A stretch of 58,187 nucleotides of DNA, from contig RFTA01000001.1 in the NCBI GenBank assembly GCA_009923685.1, positions 1 through 58,187 of the forward strand. Reading direction: 5' to 3'. The DNA comes from Actinomycetota bacterium (lineage in GTDB: Bacteria; Actinomycetota; Acidimicrobiia; Acidimicrobiales; Ilumatobacteraceae). Under the pieces are notes generated by a model. It searched no databases. It had not been told where the DNA came from and worked only from the letters and a program-made list of their open reading frames with translations. The first letter of the stretch is position 1. Every line of letters begins with the position of its first letter. The translations under genes and the position numbers were made by a program. Shown piece by piece: positions 56,164 through 58,187 of the stretch.

Positions 56164-57273
56164 ATGATCGCCAAATTAGAAGATCTTGGTGATGTGCGTG
56201 GCAAAACCGTGCTCGTTCGCACCGACTTTAATGTGCCAATGTCTGGTCCTGACGACGATCGAATTATTGTCGACGATTTTCGGATTCGAAGTGCCCTAGA
56301 GACGCTCAACTGGTTGACGTCTCGTGGTGCGAATGTTGTCTGTGCGACTCATCTTGGTCGGCCAAAAGGAAAGAAAGTCGCGAAATATTCAATCGCTCCG
56401 GTCAGAAAGCGACTGGCTGAACTCGCCCCGAGTGTTTTATTGCTCGAAAACTTGAGGTTTAACGAAGGTGAAGAAGGCAATGATCCCAACTTTGTTGCAA
56501 AACTTGTTGACGGCGTCGACATTTACGTCAATGACGCGTTTGGTGCGGCACACCGGTCGCACGCTTCAATTGTTGGACCGCCCAAAACTTTGCCATCGGC
56601 GGCTGGTCGTTTACTGCATCGTGAACTTGAGGTCTTGACAGAATTACGTTCAAACCCTAAACGACCATTCGTGGCGGTTTTAGGGGGTTCAAAAGTCAGT
56701 GACAAACTTGGCGTCATTCAAGCCTTGATGAAAGTTGTAGATCAACTGATTATCGGAGGCGGCATGTGTTTTTCGTTTTTGGCTGCAAAAAATTTGCCAA
56801 TTGGTGATTCATTGTGCGAACTCGACCAATTAGATGCATGTAGGCAACTTTTGTCTGGAGATGTGCCGATTCACCTACCTGAAGACATTGTTGGCTTAAA
56901 CAAATCTGGCGAGTTTGCAACCTTTGGCGTTCGATTACCAGATGGTGCAAAGGGTCTAGATATCGGCCCAGGCAGCGCGGCGGCGTTTGCCGACATAATC
57001 ATGAACGCATGTAGCGTTTTTTGGAACGGACCAATGGGAATGTTTGAAGACGAACGCTTCGCCGCCGGCACGCGTACTGTCGCACAAGCGATGGCCGACA
57101 CTAAAGCGTTCACGGTTGTCGGTGGTGGTGACTCAGCGGCAGCGCTCGCTCAATTTAGATTAGATAAAGAAGTTGACCATGTCTCGACCGGCGGCGGAGC
57201 GTCACTAGAGTTTTTGCAGCTCGGTGACCTACCGGGCCTAGTTGCGTTAAGAGGAGCACCAAATGTCAAATGA
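56164..57273 (+). CDS. pgk: phosphoglycerate kinase
   Basis: 369 aa with RTDFNVP, the HLGRPKG-type motif, and the C-terminal STGGGASLEF. It starts directly after the gap stop. Confidence 0.9.
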   Translation: MIAKLEDLGDVRGKTVLVRTDFNVPMSGPDDDRIIVDDFRIRSALETLNWLTSRGANVVCATHLGRPKGKKVAKYSIAPVRKRLAELAPSVLLLENLRFNEGEEGNDPNFVAKLVDGVDIYVNDAFGAAHRSHASIVGPPKTLPSAAGRLLHRELEVLTELRSNPKRPFVAVLGGSKVSDKLGVIQALMKVVDQLIIGGGMCFSFLAAKNLPIGDSLCELDQLDACRQLLSGDVPIHLPEDIVGLNKSGEFATFGVRLPDGAKGLDIGPGSAAAFADIIMNACSVFWNGPMGMFEDERFAAGTRTVAQAMADTKAFTVVGGGDSAAALAQFRLDKEVDHVSTGGGASLEFLQLGDLPGLVALRGAPNVK

Positions 57274-58054
57274 GATTCGCAAACCGATTATCAGCGGCAA
57301 TTGGAAAATGAATCACAATCATTTTGAGGCAATTCAGTGTGTGCAGAAACTTGCATATCTTTTGACAAAAGACGACTTCGCCTCCGTCGATGTGACCATA
57401 CATCCGCCGTTCACAGATTTGCGCAGCGTTCAGACTTTGATAGACGCCGACGAACTGAAGTTTATTCTTGGAGCACAGCACTGTCATGAGGTCGAAAGTG
57501 GGGCGTTCACTGGTGAGATATCGGCGATGTTCTTGGCGAAACTAAATGTCAGTTATGTGATAGTTGGTCACAGCGAGAGACGAGAAATTTTCGGCGAGAC
57601 CGACGAATCAATTCACAACAAAATCGTGGCAATTCAAAAGAGCAAAATGACGCCTATTTTGTGTGTTGGCGAAACTCTCGCAGAGCGAGAAGCCGGAACA
57701 ACATACGAAAAGGTACTTGGTCAACTAAGAAGCGCTCTCGAAAAGCGCACCGCTGAACAGATCAAGTCAATGGTCATTGCCTATGAACCAATCTGGGCGA
57801 TTGGCACCGGAAAGACTGCGACAGCTGACGACGCACAACGAGTAGTAAGTGCAATCCGTGAAGAAATTTCAAAAATAAGTTCGGCGAGCGTCGCTGGTGC
57901 CGTTCGTCTTCAATATGGCGGCAGTGTCAAGGCGAGCAACATTGCTGAGATCATGGCCCAGCCCGATATTGATGGGGTTTTGGTCGGTGGGGCAAGCCTA
58001 GATGCCGCTGAATTTGCCAGAATTTGTCAGTATCGCCTAACAAAACAAGATTAG
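57263..58054 (+). CDS. tpiA: triosephosphate isomerase
   Basis: 263 aa with SGNWKMN, VGHSERR, AYEPIWAIGTG and GGASL. Confidence 0.95.
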   Translation: MSNEIRKPIISGNWKMNHNHFEAIQCVQKLAYLLTKDDFASVDVTIHPPFTDLRSVQTLIDADELKFILGAQHCHEVESGAFTGEISAMFLAKLNVSYVIVGHSERREIFGETDESIHNKIVAIQKSKMTPILCVGETLAEREAGTTYEKVLGQLRSALEKRTAEQIKSMVIAYEPIWAIGTGKTATADDAQRVVSAIREEISKISSASVAGAVRLQYGGSVKASNIAEIMAQPDIDGVLVGGASLDAAEFARICQYRLTKQD

Positions 58055-58153
58055 TTTCGGCCGAATGGCCTGTTCACTCTTTACCTACGCTGTTAGTCTT
58101 TACGGGACTAGAAGCCATATGGCGTCTACCTAATCTGACGGGGAGGTCGGAGA

Positions 58154-58187
58154 GTGAGAAAAACCACAAAAGTGGCTCGTCTTGCTG
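58154..58187 (+). CDS. 5' end of an unidentified CDS running off the right edge
   Basis: GTG 58154 lies 7 nt downstream of a GGGAGG RBS (58141-46). Only 11 codons (VRKTTKVARLA) are visible. This does not resemble the secG that usually follows tpiA. Confidence 0.3.
   Translation, partial: MRKTTKVARLA

Noticed and set aside
58055-58153. Searched the tpiA downstream region for secG, a terminator or an sRNA
   Set aside because: Only a weak 4-bp GGCC/GGCC stem is present, and there is no SecG-like ORF. The next start (58154) encodes an unrelated N-terminus.
1-58187. Looked for CRISPR arrays, IS elements or transposases, integrases, toxin-antitoxin pairs, and known defence-system signatures
   Set aside because: No regularly spaced direct repeats were seen, and no ORFs carry transposase, integrase or nuclease-NTPase defence hallmarks. 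The only tRNA is not flanked by an integrase or by direct repeats.

Overview
The window is a gene-dense (about 90% coding) chromosomal segment that is almost entirely housekeeping. I found no CRISPR array, transposase, integrase or phage-like genes. Gene content and local synteny point to a streamlined Actinomycetota genome of about 50% GC. The supporting blocks are phoH-ybeY-CBS/CorC, era, recO and uppS; an mtrA/mtrB/lpqB-like module; pdtaR-polA-rpsA-coaE-uvrB; uvrC-rapZ followed by gap-pgk-tpiA; and an F420-type LLM oxidoreductase. A stand-alone trpF suggests a lineage outside the PriA-using Actinomycetales, possibly Acidimicrobiia, but that placement is inference only.

Main blocks, left to right:
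- A large AT-rich polytopic membrane protein running off the left edge. It is not in the ORF track.
- Acetoacetyl-CoA synthetase, glutamate dehydrogenase and a membrane GGDEF-EAL protein.
- phoH-ybeY-CorC.
- A menaquinone cluster (menE, menA, menH, menD, menF, menG) with alternating strands.
- Acyl-CoA dehydrogenase, an LLM oxidoreductase and a MaoC-like dehydratase.
- era, the two-component module, and a DinG-like helicase.
- uppS plus a degenerate UPPS paralog, then recO, glyQS and trpCFBA.
- A type II FAS cluster (fabZ / fabF-acpP-fabG-fabH-fabD).
- tRNA-Leu(CAA), pdtaR, polA, rpsA and coaE.
- uvrB-uvrA-uvrC, a disrupted rapZ, and gap-pgk-tpiA.

Most interesting observations:
1. A divergent pair consists of a catalytic cis-prenyltransferase lacking the C-terminal RXG tail and a catalytically degenerate UPPS-like paralog that keeps that tail. 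This is the arrangement of heteromeric DHDDS/NgBR-type enzymes.
2. FabD is fused to a BCCP-like barrel that lacks the biotinyl-lysine hairpin.
3. rapZ carries an internal deletion plus a frameshift, and the normally adjacent yvcK and whiA are absent.
4. Several small structured or repeated intergenic elements occur: a hairpin between mtrB and mtrA, an rpsA leader, repeats in the fab promoter, and a tRNA CCA end fused to an ATG.

All functional calls come from motif recognition by eye, and no database search was run.
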